Positions 36,720 to 48,709 of a DNA stretch of 64,000 nucleotides are shown piece by piece (positions within the stretch are counted from its first letter, which is position 1; every line of letters starts with the position of its first letter). The stretch is from Podarcis muralis (lineage: Eukaryota). The notes beneath the pieces were generated by a model. That model made no database searches. It was given only the letters and a program-made list of their open reading frames with translations, and was not told the DNA's origin. Location of the stretch: NCBI RefSeq assembly GCF_964188315.1, contig NC_135656.1, positions 116,002,001 to 116,066,000 of the forward strand, written 5' to 3'. The translations under genes were made by a program, and so were the position numbers.

Positions 36720-37265
36720 TGTCAGGAGCGAGCCAGCAGTAAATCACACTGTGCAAGTTGCCATTAACTCTTGAATAGCAGAAACATGATCTGCACCAAC
36801 TTGGCAGAGTGTCAGGCCTCATGAGCCCAGCGATGCATCCCTGGTAGGTCTTGCTCCCATGAAGCAGTTGCTGAGACTGAAGGTTTCTGCCTCCCCATAG
36901 CTGCCAAATCCAGGGTTTTCCCCAAGCAATTGAAGACTGAGTCTGTGCATCACTACTCTCTCCTCCACCCTTTTTGTGCCTCTTTTGGTTCTGGGAAACG
37001 GGGGGAAAGGAGCTTGTTGCAGCAGGAGGGGGAGAAACCTGTGACACTTCCCCAGCCTGACCCTTCTTGGCTTCCGTCATCCCACCCTCCTGCTTCAGCT
37101 TCTGCCCCTGATTCTGGACTGCTCTCTGCCTCTGCCTCTCCCAGCTCACTAAGCCCTGTTGCTTCCTCAGCCTCTGACACCTTCTCTTCCCAGTCTTCTC
37201 CCTCTGACTGCTCATCGTTGTCCCACCACCACTCCCCAGGCTCTGGGCCTTCTTCCCACTACTGG
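36720..37265 (-). mobile_element. Solo LTR family A, uninterrupted copy (right boundary approximate)
   Basis: TGTCAGGagcgagccagcagtaaatcacactgtgcaag... colinear with the three pieces of 1586-3324. Confidence 0.7.
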
Positions 37266-37434
37266 GCCATCCTGTTTCCCAAGCGGATTCCACCGGGAAG
37301 CCCATCAGCCCTCTTCCAATTGTTGCTTCCCAGCAACTAGTGTCAACCAGAGGCATGCGGCCTCTGGTGATGGAGGTGGCATGCAGTTATCATGACCCCC
37401 GGGAAATGAATTCATGTCTATAAGAACAGTTATC

Positions 37435-39148
37435 TTTTTATATATATATATATAATCATATTTATTAAAATTTTCAGAATACAGAAAAAATAAAAATAAA
37501 AAATAGAAATAAAAATAAGACAAAATTGAAATACTTTTAGAATCTAATTTTCATTGCCCACTTTCCAGGACTTCCCCCTCCCCCTCCCTACTGTATTCCC
37601 CTTTCATAATGTTGGTTCTACAAGCTCTCACTCCCAATTTAAACCTTAAATTATTTAGCCCCAAATTCCAATTTAAATTATACAATCATCATCTTTCCCT
37701 TAACAAAGAAAAAATATAAATCACAAATTCTCTCCCCAAGGCCCCCTTGGTTTCATTCCACGAATTCCCTTTTTCATTTACTAATAACACCCCAGCATAA
37801 TATAAAAAAAAGATTAAAAAAAAAATAGTTACACAGCCTTTGGATTCTGATTCTCCCCCCCCCCCAATCCCCAGTTCGCATTCCCCATGTCCATCAATCT
37901 GTCTGTCTGTTGTCTGCCTGGAAATCTTTAATCCATACACCAATCTGTTCCACCTTGCCAGTTTCTTTTCCTTTTTTCCCTTTTTAATTTAAATATTATT
38001 TTTGTAATGTCAAATTTCAAACATCCAATCCAAAACAGACCCCAAAGGGGTTCCCCCCATTGTTCTGTTCCATGTTGTTGTCAAGTTTCTTGTCCTGTTC
38101 TGCTGCTAAAACGTTCTAATTCAAAAATTTGATGCCTCTGCAGGGGTTTGTTATTCAGGAACAAAAACTTACGTCCAGTCCCTTCCTTTCTTCAATAGAG
38201 AATTCTATTGTCTCCCTTAATGTAAACACCCCTGTAGACAAAATACTTTTTCAGTTTTGCAGCTTTCTCAAGAGATAGCAAGTCCTATTCAGTTCCCAGA
38301 GTATTTTTCCGCTTGTAGTTCTTGTAATGTCCCGAAACTCCTCTAGGGGGGTTGCAGTAACTTTGTTTCCTCTTGTCCAAAAGTCCAATTTGTTATTCCA
38401 TATTTTCAACATTGTATCCAAATCGTAACCAATTGTAACGAAATTAACTAGCAAAGTCCTCATAGCAAAGTCCTCTTTACACTTTCCGACTTTGACAGCC
38501 ACTTTGACAGCTGTCAAAGTCTGCTTCTCTTTTCCCCAGGCTCTCTCGCGGGTCGCCCCGGTTCCCGGGGGGGGGGGTTACGTTTCCCTTCTCACCCCAC
38601 TCTTCTCCTCCAGCACAATTCTTGTAATATCCCATCGTGAAATTCTTGGTTTTTATCCGAAATACGCTTCTCTTTGGACCTTGGTTACTCAGTCCTTGTT
38701 TTGAAATGCTTACAATAGGGAGGGGGGACTGACTTCCTTTTTAGATCCCCCCCGCTCGTGCCGAATCCGAAAAAAAATTCCTTTTTTTCTCCTTTAAAAC
38801 CCGGTTGCCAGATTACTCACGGGTTGTTGTTAAAAGTCCGAATTTTCAATGGAAGAAGTCGGCGCTCTCCACCGGATGGCATGCGGCTTCGCTCGGCAGG
38901 GGAAGCAGAGGACTCAAAGCACCACGCCACTCCCCGGCACCCGATCCGTAGCCTTTAAAAAGGCTCCTTCACGAGTCGGGAGGGCGCTAACGGTGCCAGC
39001 CGAGTCACCCATGTCCACGGTCTCCGTGCCCGTGGTTTTTAAGGGTCCCCGCGTCGCCGGCGTGGTAGAACCCGAGCCCTGCCGAGCAGACTCCCTCCGG
39101 AGCTCGGAGGGAGTCCGCCATTCGGCGATGGCGCCAACCCAGAAGTCC
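37435..39148 (-). mobile_element. Non-coding L1-like retroelement, 1714 bp, apparently complete
   Basis: 13-bp TSD aagaacagttatc (37422-37434, 39149-39161); CpG-rich 5' end GGACTTCTGGGTTGGCGCC; AATAAA plus A/AT tail; no long ORF. Confidence 0.78.
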
Positions 39149-40398
39149 AAGAACAGTTATCCATAACAGCACCTTGAGCAGCATACATCCTGAAGTAGCA
39201 TTGATTGGGGAAATCCTGTGGCAGGGGAGCCATCACTTACTAAGGCCAGGAGTGTGCGCTAATAGGTGGCCCTTCAGATGCTAAGAACATAAGAAGAGCC
39301 TTCTGGATGAGGCCAGAGTGGCCAATCTTAGTCCAGCATCCTGTTCTCTCAGTGGCCACCCAGATGCCTGTGGGAAACCTGCAAGCGGGATTGGAGCACA
39401 AGAGCTGTCTGGTAGCCTTGTCAATTTGTACCATCTTTTAAAGCCATCCATTTTGTTGTCCATCACTGCCTCCTGTGGGAGCAAATGTCATAGTTCAGCT
39501 ATGGTGGGATTCAACTACTGAAGTTAATGGAACTAACTTAGTCATATTTATTCATTTTAATAGGTCTGCTCTGAGGGAAAGTGAATGCCAACCATGTATT
39601 TTTAACTCCTGGTTTAAAAAATAAATAAATGCTTGGGTGTGGTTGGTGGTTTTTTTATGTCAACTTGTTTTTGACTACTGACTTTGGCTGCTAATTGCTT
39701 TTCATGTTCCATGTAAATCACTTAGAGGTTTCAACAATTAAGTGACTTTTCATTTTTAATAAAGAAACAAATACAATGTTCCTGAGCCTTTTTTTTTTTT
39801 AATATCCAATATGCTTGAATCATGGTTTTTTTAATGGAAGTTGCCTTATGTATATGTAAGGTGATGAATAAATCCAAAATAAATAATAGGTGGAGAAATA
39901 ATAATAAAAAATAAATAATGGATAATTCCAGCATTTTTTCTTAGGGCTTGTCAGTATAGTTTTAATTCACAATCTTGCCACTTTGGTGGCAAGTCCCCTT
40001 TCTGAAGTTATCCTGAAGGATGAGAGATCTCTGGTCCTTTAGATGATGTCTGGCTCCACACTACACATTTAAAGCACTATGTTCCCACTTTAAAGAGTCA
40101 AAAAAATACTGGGAACGGTAGTTTGCTGAAGACACTGAGAATTTGTTAGGAGACCCCCTATTCCCCTCACAGAGCTACAATTTCCAGAGTTCCCTGGGGA
40201 GACAATTTGGTTGTTAAACTGCTCTGGGAATTATAATTCTCTGAAGTGAATTGGGGTCTTGCCTGGAGACTCAGAACCCTGAAGAAAACTACAGTTCCTG
40301 GAATTCTTTGCAGACGAAGACTTGGCTATTTAAAGTGGGTCATTGTGCTTTAAATGTATGGTTTTGAATGTGGCCCTTAAGATGTGGGAGAAGAAAGA

Positions 40399-40533
40399 GG
40401 GATAGCTCAGTCGGTAGACCATGAGACTTTATCTCTGGGCTATGGGTTCAAGCCCCGTGTTGTGTTAAAGATTCCTGCATTGCAGAGGGTTGGGCTAGAT
40501 GACCCTCACGGTCCCTTCCAAATTTATGGATCT
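40399..40533 (+). mobile_element. SINE: tRNA-Lys-like head plus CR1 tail
   Basis: ggatagctcagtcggtagaccatgagact...gggttcaagcccc, then attcctgcattgcag; others at 42445-42560 (-) and 57232-57357 (+). Confidence 0.7.
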
Positions 40534-40717
40534 AGGAAATAAACAAGAAGCCATCATGCAGCAATGAGAGGGCCTTTCCCTGAGCTGGACCAGCAGAGGG
40601 CTCTAGTGCAGAGGAGCCGGAGGATAATTTGGTTCCCTCTGTTTGACAGCTCCTCTTTCACCCATCTCCTGCCCCAGCTTCCTAGGTCAACCCCCCCAAA
40701 GAATCATGGGAACTGTA

Positions 40718-40853
40718 TACAGATAGGTAGCCGTGTTGGTCTGCCATAGTCAAAACAAAAAAAATATTCCTTCCAGTAGCACCTTAAAGACCAACTAAGT
40801 TAGTTCTTGGTATGAGCTTTCGTGTGCATGCACACTTCTTCAGATACACACAG
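40718..40853 (-). mobile_element. Single Penelope pseudo-LTR with hammerhead motif, inserted in a MITE
   Basis: Nearly identical to one arm of 13438-13686; 12-bp TSD atgggaactgta (40706-40717, 40854-40865). Confidence 0.8.
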
Positions 40854-41079
40854 ATGGGAACTGTAGTTTGCTAAGGGTGCTGGGAATTGTAGCTCCATGA
40901 AGGGGTAAACTACAGTTCCCAGGATTTGGTGTGTGCGTGTGTTGAATGTGCTTTAAATGTGTCTTAAATTCATGGTATGTATGTAGCCCTGGGCACAGCT
41001 TTTCATAGCAAAACATAATCCAGTTCTGTAGCAAATCACAGGGGGGCATTTTTTAGTGCAGGGGAGATGCACCCAAAGG

Positions 41080-41353
41080 GTTAAACCTATCGAGTTCTGC
41101 TCTGAGCCCTAGAAAGGAAATTGTGGGGGAGGCGAGGAAGGGAAGGGAAGAAGGAATCCTTTTTCTTTGTTATGGAAGAAAACGTGCTGGGCGACATCAT
41201 TTCCGGTGCCCTTTCTCCCCTCCTCTTCCTGGTGGGAATCTGACTTTTGAAATTTCCTCCTCCTCCCTTCTTTGTCAAAGCACTGTGGAACTGCAGCAGG
41301 TGCTGCCCAGGCAAATTGGCGGTGCACTGCTTAGCTTATAGGGAGAGGTGAGT
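41080..41353 (+). promoter_or_regulatory. Putative promoter and first exon of gene F (donor GAG|GTGAGT at 41347/41348)
   Basis: GGTTAAAC...TCGAG...CCCTAG; ETS-like ttccgg; exon end resembles 51100-51130. Confidence 0.55.
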
Positions 41354-41356
41354 TGT

Positions 41357-41372
41357 ATTATTATTATTGTTG

Positions 41373-41426
<54 letters not shown>
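41357..41426. repeat. (ATT)n microsatellite just after the gene F exon 1 donor
   Basis: Direct reading. Confidence 0.93.
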
Positions 41427-41811
41427 GTTCCAGAGTGCTGCAGAGAAAAAAAGAAATTGCAGGTAAAGTAGGAGAAACCCTGCTTCAAATAATAATAATA
41501 ATAATAATAATGAATGTGGACTCTGAGCTGGAGGCGGGCAGAGTAAGCTAAAAGCCAGTTAACTTTTAAAAGCTAAGCTGTTCCTCATCACGATCTCAAA
41601 GGTAGCTTGCTTCTGGACTTGGAGGTTCTATGGAACACAAGAGCAGCCCTTCTGGATCAGAGCAGTGGTCCAACTAGTCCAGTACCTTGTGGCCAACCAG
41701 ATGCCTCTTGGAAAGTGCTTAAGTAGGGCCTGAGCTCATAAGCCACTCTCCCCAGCATTCTTGCCTCTGGGCACGAAGGCAGTGAATGGTCCTCATAGCT
41801 TGTAGCCTTTA

Positions 41812-42130
41812 AAAAGGTAAAGGTACCCCTGCCCGTACGGGCCAGTCTTGCCAGACTCTAGGGTTGTGCGCTCATCTCACTCTATAGGCCGGGAGCCAGC
41901 GCTGTCCGCAGACACTTCCGGGTCACGTGGCCAGCGTGACAAGCTGCATCTGGCGAGCCAGCGCAGCACACGGAATGCCGTTTACCTTCGCGCCAGTAAG
42001 CGGTCCCTATTTATCTACTTGCACCCGGGGGTGCTTTCGAACTGCTAGGTTGGCAGGCACTGGGACCGAGCAACAGGAGCGCACCCCGCCGCAGGGATTC
42101 GAACCGCCGACCTTTCGATCGGCAAGTCCT
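41812..42130 (-). mobile_element. 5'-truncated Sauria SINE
   Basis: 12-bp TSD ttgtagccttta (41800-41811, 42131-42142). Confidence 0.88.
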
Positions 42131-42271
42131 TTGTAGCCTTTACCTCCATGAATTTGTCTAATCCTGGGCCGCTTTCAGGTCAGTCTCAGTACTATAGCCA
42201 GGTCCTCCTCCTCTTCAGTTGATTTGATTTGTTATTATTCTACGCCACTTTTCATTCAAGTGAATCAGTTG

Positions 42272-42317
<46 letters not shown>

Positions 42318-42987
42318 TTATTATTTATACCCCGCCCATCTGGCTGGGTTTCCCCAGCCACTCTGGGCGGCTTCCAACAAAACACTAAAAATACAATAAC
42401 CCATTAAACATTAAAAGCTTCCCTAAACAGGGCTGCCTTCAGATGGGAAGGTACCACGAGGTCATCTAGCCCAACCCCTTGCAATGCAGGAATCTTTCTG
42501 CCCAGTGTGGAGCTCGAACCCACAACCCTGAGATTTAAGACTCTCATGCTGAGCTATCCCATGGATAGATAAGTAACAATAACACAACAGAATATCACAA
42601 ATACGTTCCATATAGAATGAATAACAAACCACCAGCAAAAGAATTACAAATAATCAGTAAAACAATTACAATATATAAAATACTATTAACACAGCACAAT
42701 GGCAGCAAAAGTCTTATAGAATTCACAAAGTACTACAGCAGTCATAATCTATAAAACAATATTGACAACACTGACAAAGTAACAAGCAAAAAATAAAATA
42801 AATGTTTCCTCTCATTTATTTTTTGTTTCTTGCTGTTAGGAGGAGGAGCCTCCCTCGCTGGCTTGGCTCAGGAATTTCTGGCCGTCGCTTAGAAATAAAC
42901 CACTTCTACTGATTTTGCAGACCCCCTTGAGGGTCTTGGACCGCCTCCATTTTTGACAAGAGACGGGAGAGAAAGCGAGAGGAGGAG

Positions 42988-43151
42988 NNNNNNNNNNNNN
43001 NNNNNNNNNNNNNNNNNNNNNNNNNNNNNNNNNNNNNNNNNNNNNNNNNNNNNNNNNNNNNNNNNNNNNNNNNNNNNNNNNNNNNNNNNNNNNNNNNNNN
43101 NNNNNNNNNNNNNNNNNNNNNNNNNNNNNNNNNNNNNNNNNNNNNNNNNNN
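42988..43151. other. Assembly gap (164 N) inside the predicted 5'UTR part of the gene F SCAN exon
   Basis: N run; candidate acceptor at 42839/42840 lies upstream and ATG at 43265 downstream. Confidence 0.97.
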
Positions 43152-43264
43152 GACCATCCCAGATAGAAGGAGTGTACCGTTCTTCGGTCAAGGGTATACG
43201 ATAGCCACGCTCCCCTGCTAAAACCTCCAAACAAGCTCAAGGAAGGGGCAGTCCGGTTCTCAAA

Positions 43265-43990
43265 ATGGACATGCGGAACGTGACAGGCTCCAAAGCATGG
43301 GAAGAAATGGAAGGTGTAGCAAAAGCCCCACATCACAGGGGCACGGGGCAGTTCCTTATTGGGACACCTTCCCATTATATAAAACATGAGCCGGAAGAAG
43401 GGGCGCTGGAACGCTGGGAAGCCCAGTTGCAGGAGTTTCTGAGGATGCTGCAGGCTCCCAACTCAGGATGCAGGAACCTACAGATATCTGAGGAGCCCTC
43501 CCCATGGGAGGATGCTAAGGCCTTCCTGGCCTCCTTTGAGCAAGTAGCCTCGGCCTGCCAGTGGCCTCGGGACAAGTGGGTGGCCCTCCTCCTGCCGGCT
43601 CTCAGCGGAGAGCCTGAGCAGGCCTTCAGCGGCCTCAGTGCCCAGGACAAGGGAGACTACAGGAAGGTGAAGGCGGCCATCTTGGAAGGGGAGGCCATTG
43701 CGAGGGAGAAGCAGCGGCAGCACTTCAGGCAACTCCGCTATCGGGAGGCGGAGGGTCCCAGAGGCGTTTATGGACGGCTCCGAGAGCTTTGTGGCCAGTG
43801 GCTGAAAGTAGAGAGGCACACGAAGGATGAGATTCTGGAGCTGCTGATCTTGGAGCAGCTCCTGAGCATCCTGCCGGGAGACATGCAGAGCTGGGTCAGG
43901 GAGCGAAAGCCAGAGACCTGCGCCCAGGCGGTGGCCCTGGCGGAGAGCTTCCTCTTGGGGCAGGACGAGATGGAGGGTCCGGAACAGAAG
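43265..43990 (+). CDS. Gene F coding exon 1: extended SCAN (Gypsy Gag capsid NTD-like plus SCAN)
   Basis: FLASFEQVASACQWPRDKWVALLLPALSGE...KVKAAIL precedes SCAN RQHFRQ...ILEQLLSILP; donor AAG|GTGAGA, phase 0. Confidence 0.9.
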
Positions 43991-44452
43991 GTGAGAAATT
44001 CTGAAGGTGTACAGCAGCAGTGGGGAAGCTCTCTCTGGCAACTCGGCCCTCCAGATGTTTTGGGACTACAACTCCCATCATATCTAGCTAACAGGACCAG
44101 TGGTCAGGGATGATGGGAATTGTAGTCCCAAAACATCTGGAGGGCAGAGTTTGGGGATGACTGATTTAGACCTTCCAGGACTCTCCATTGGGCCTGTGTT
44201 CAGCTAATGGTGAGTGTTTGCGAATGACGATCACCTGGTTGTTAGAGCTTGCACACGGCTGCATGTGTGGGCACCTCATCATGTCACTGTGATGTCGAGG
44301 GATTGACAGGTGGGCAGCCCCGCCTACCTGCCAAATTTCGCCTGTGGGGTGGGAGGGGGAGATAAGTATCCAGACTGCTAGACACATCTAGTTCTTCACC
44401 TGCTGGCATATGGTGTCTATGATATGGTGCTGAAATGGATTTCTATCGGTTA

Positions 44453-44807
44453 CCGTATTGGCCTGAATATAAGCTGCACTTTCCCCCCCAAATTCAGATT
44501 GTGAAAAGTCAAGTGCAGCTTATATCTGCAACCTTTCGCTGCCAGCAAAGCGGTGCAGCCCTCCCACCCCCCCAGGAAGGGGCAACGGCACCCAGCCCAG
44601 CCCGCCGGCCGCTCCCAAGCCTCCCCCGAGCCATCAGAATAAAAGGGGGTAGGGGCAAAGTCCGCTGGCAAAGCAGCCTGGCTCCTCCCCTCCAAGAGCA
44701 GCCCGGGGGCAATGGGGCACATCCCGTCCGCTGCTCCAAGCCTCCTCTAAGCCGCTGAATTTTAAAGGGCTTATTTGCAGGTGCGGCTTATATTCGAGCC
44801 AATATGG
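44453..44807. mobile_element. TcMar (Tc2/pogo-like) MITE
   Basis: TIRs CCGTATTGGCCTGAATATAAGCTGCA / TGCGGCTTATATTCGAGCCAATATGG; TA flanks. Confidence 0.8.
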
Positions 44808-44929
44808 TAATTTGCTATTTCAAGTGTCTGGGTGTTAAGTAACCCATGGAAATTAATGTATTTGGAGGGATTTGCTGTAGCCCAGATCTTGGTGGCCAGA
44901 AAGTGTATGTCATGTCGGGTTCCTTTGGA

Positions 44930-45186
44930 AGAAGAAGAAGAAGAAGAAGAGTTTGGATTTGATATCCCGCCTTTCACTCCCTTTAAGGAGTCTCAAAGCG
45001 GCTAACATTCTCCTTTCCCTTCCTCCCCCACAACAAACACTCTGTGAGGTGAGTGGGGCTGAGAGACTTCAGAGAAGTGTGACTGGCCCAAGGTCACCCA
45101 GCAGCTGCATGTGGAGGAGCGGAGACGCGAACCCGGTTCCCCAGATTACGAGACTACCGCTCTTAACCACTACACCACACTGGCTC
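44930..45186 (-). mobile_element. Squam3-like SINE with (CTT)n tail
   Basis: Near-identical to 6665-6945; ttgga at both flanks. Confidence 0.8.
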
Positions 45187-45197
45187 TTGGACCATTA

Positions 45198-45415
45198 CAG
45201 TGGTACCTCGGGTTACATACGCTTCAGGTTACAGACTCTGCTAACCCAGAAATAGTACCTTGGGTCAAGAACTTTGCTTCAGGGTGAGAACAGAAATCGT
45301 GTGGCGGCGGCAGCAGGAGGCCCCATTAGCTAAAGTGGTGCTTCAGGTTAAGAACAGTTTCAGGTTAAGAACGGACCTCCAGGACGAATTAAGTTCTTAA
45401 CCCGAGGTACCACTT
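45198..45415. mobile_element. Tigger-like MITE
   Basis: CAGTGGTACCTCGGGTTA...TAACCCGAGGTACCACT; same family as 50240-50459 and 54661-54886. Confidence 0.82.
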
Positions 45416-45491
45416 TACTTGTTATCCAACTTCAGGCTGGCGGAAGCCATATGGCCTTTTCTGTTCATGATCTTCCTCACTGCTGTTTCAG

Positions 45492-45621
45492 GTACCTGTG
45501 CCTTTTGCGGTGATGGCTGCGGATCCTTCTGAGACGGGCCAGCTTCTGCCACGGGACACCTGGGCTGGGAAGGTCATCAGAGAAGCCGCGGACAGGCAGA
45601 GTGAAGTGACGAGATTGCCGA
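45492..45621 (+). CDS. Gene F coding exon 2: degenerate KRAB-A-like exon
   Basis: ctgtttcag|GTACCT...CCGA|gtaagg; 130 nt, phase 0 to 1; in-frame gene of 1710 nt (569 aa). Confidence 0.68.
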
Positions 45622-46562
45622 GTAAGGATTCACCATGCTCAGGTTTTCATGAGGCGGTTTCTCCTCTCACTCCTCCCCCCCCCTCTGGCAAATATGCACT
45701 TGTCTGTCATTGTTATTATTATCATTATCCCGCATTGGTCCCTACAGCCACAGCAGGCGCTGCAACTTCCGACAGGTTGACTTCACCCTTAAGGCGAATT
45801 TGAGGGGAGTCCCTCCCCCAAGTTGACGGGTGTTGCCATTCAAATGGAGTAAGTGCACTGCATCTATTATGTGGGGTGGGGCTTACCTGACCCCCCTCCC
45901 CAATATTTTATTAAAGTTGGCACCCCTGTCCACAGTTCTCCCTCACCACGACACTTCCCTTGTCACTCAACCCCCTCACTGCCACAAGCCCTTGTTCAAT
46001 TTCATTCGATGTCTCCAGATTCTAGTATTATGAGATAAGGTGGAAAATGTCTCTGTTCACTTTCTCCATATCACAATCACATCCCTTCCCTTACTCCTCT
46101 TTCTTCTTAACTAAAAAGTCCTAAAAGCTGTAACCTTTCCTCAAGCTGGGTTTATAGGCCTCAGCCCTCTATTTTCTGGGTTTTGTTATTTTTACTCTAG
46201 CATCTGATATTCAGAGCTGGACAATTTTTGACTAGAGAAATCCAGTACAACACGACCGACCTGTTTTCCATGAATTTCTCTAATCCTTAAAAAAAACAGA
46301 AGACTCCCATAAACTAAGGCAGCAGCCATTGCCTTGTCTAGTAGTTTTAAAATTTAATTAGAAGTGCTTTCTATTGTCTGCGCTGAAGCTACAACTACAC
46401 AATTTCAGCCGAAGACTTTAATTCTCGTATTATGAGGGGGGAAAGAGAATATTCTCACATATTCTGCCTGCAACAGCTCTGATACTAAAGTCTGTTGATT
46501 TTCTGTTTGGAATAATTACTCCAGAACAGATAAGATTCTCTGGGGTTTTTTTATTCCTACAG

Positions 46563-47416
46563 GTAATGAGCAGGTATTGGAGGATGAGACAAATACACTC
46601 CACCAGGAAGGTTCTGTGCAAGGAGAAGCAAACAATGCCTGTCTGGGAAGAGAGGATGAATTCCATGACCATCAAAAGCAAATAATGTTTGAGAATCAGC
46701 CAGGGCTGTTGAATGATGAGAGAAGCTATGAGAGTGGTCTGGTGGAAAAATCCACTTTCTATGCAGACGTTAGCAGAGAAGAGAGAGAATCCGCTGAATC
46801 ACAAAGAACAGAGTCTACTGAGGTACAAAAAGCATCAACTGACTGTCAAAGAAACTTTGAACGGAGCTCAGACCTTATGGTACAGCAGAGCATTCACATC
46901 AGAGAGAAGCCGTACCTGTCATTCTATTGCGGAAACAGTTTCATTCAGACGCAGGGCCTTCTTGCACATGAGAGAACCCACACAGGATTATGGAACATGT
47001 ATAATTACCCTAATGGTGGGAAAAACTTCAGTTGCAGTTCAGGCTCCATGCAGCACATGAGAATCCACACAGGAGAATCTCTGTACACGTGCTCTCACTG
47101 CGGCAAAAACTTTGACAATTGTTCAGTCTTACAGGAACACGTCAGGCTGCACACACTGGAGACACCGTACAAGTGCTCAGACTGTGGGAAGAGCTTCGAC
47201 AAAAAGCGTTACCTGAACAACCACGTGAGGAAGCACAGAGGGGAGAAGCCGTATGAGTGCCTACAATGCGGGAAAAGCTTCCCTATAAAGTCCAAACTTG
47301 TAAAACACGAGATAATACACATGAGGGAGAAGCCATACAAGTGCGCCCTCTGTGGGAAAACATTCGTTCGGAAGACAGACCTTTGTGCACATGAGAAAAT
47401 CCACACAGTACAGTAG
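46563..47416 (+). CDS. Gene F coding exon 3: 3 decayed plus 4 intact C2H2 fingers
   Basis: Acceptor ttattcctacag|GT; ORF 46577..47416. Confidence 0.9.
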
Positions 47417-48216
47417 ATATTTCAAAATTTATCTGGCAGGGGAAGAAGCCAAGAATAAAACACAAATTATTAATAGATTCTAAGGATAGAGGCGGCTTTT
47501 CCCTGCCAGATTTAAGGTTATATTATGAGGTGTCCTGCTTTTGCTGGCCCCGAGAATGGATAACATTACAAAATACAGATACTTTAGATTTGGAGGGTCA
47601 CGATAATAGATTTGGTTGCATTCATATTTATGGTATGAAAAAGTCAAAAGTACACAGAGATTTCCTGAACCACTTATTAAGAAAGTCACTATATGTCGTA
47701 TGAGAAAAATACAAAAATCTCTTGGAGCAGAAAAGACCATGGTGGCTCTCCCCACTAGAAGCGATTTATGTGAAAAAATTGAATATGAGAAAGGGTTGGG
47801 CAACATATAAGGAATTATTAGTAGAAGAAGAGCACCAGTTGAAATTGAAAAAAATTGAGGGTATACGAGATCTTTTAACGGATTGGTTACAGTATCACCA
47901 GTTAAAGAGATGTTTTTAAAACAGATAAAAGAAAGGGATTTTCTAATGAGGTATTGAGGTCTGAGAATGGTTGGAGAATAATGTGAAATTACTCTCTAAA
48001 ATGTATAAATTATTATTGGAATGGTTTACTAAAGATGAAGAAGTTAAACTCGTTATGATACAATGGGCAAGGGATTTTGGATACAACATACAGCTTTCAG
48101 GATGGGAAAAACTATGTAGAGAAGATTAGAAATTTACAGTGTGTTATACATTAAAAGAAAACTATATGAAAATGATGTACCACTGGTATTTAACGCCGAG
48201 TAAATTAGCAAAATTA

Positions 48217-48709
48217 GGGACGCGGGTGGCGCTGTGGGTTAAACCACAGAGCCTAGGACTTGCCGATCAGAATGTCGGCGGTTTGAATCCCCACGATGGG
48301 ATGAGCTCTCGTTACTTGGTCCCTGCTCCTGCCAACCTAGCAGTTCGAAAGCACATCAAAGTTGTTGTTGTTTAGTCATGTCTGACTCTGCGTGACCCCG
48401 TGGACCAGAGCACGCCAGGCACTCCAGTCTTCTACTGCCTCCTGCAGTTTGGTCAAACTCATATTGGTAGCTTTGAGAACACTGTCCAATCAGCACATCA
48501 AAGTGCAAGTAGATAAATAGGTACCGCTCCGGCGGGAAGGTAAACGGCGTTTCCATGCTCTGCTCTGGTTTGCCAGAAGTGGCTTAGTCATGCTGGCCAC
48601 ATGACCCGGAAGCTGTACGCCGGCTCCCTCGGCCAATAAAGTGAGATGAGCGCTGCAACCCCAGAATCGGTCACGACTGGACCTAATGGCCAGGGGTCCC
48701 TTTACCTTT
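48217..48709 (+). mobile_element. Sauria SINE inserted in the L1
   Basis: Full head and tail; aaattagcaa repeated at both flanks. Confidence 0.88.
48363..48491 (-). mobile_element. BovB 3' terminal fragment inserted in the SINE
   Basis: (CAA)n tail; matches the 3' end of 51366-52049; 13-bp TSD agcacatcaaagt. Confidence 0.88.

Noticed and set aside
40399-40470. Apparent tRNA-Lys and tRNA-Ile genes
   Set aside because: Acceptor and T stems are broken, there is no Pol III terminator, and they are fused to CR1 tails, so they are SINE heads
44041-44155. Short hairpins resembling pre-miRNA or terminators (also 14000-14140, 34635-34771 and 50665-50790)
   Set aside because: Multi-copy MITEs with TIRs, some with 8-bp TSDs; no evidence of miRNA processing
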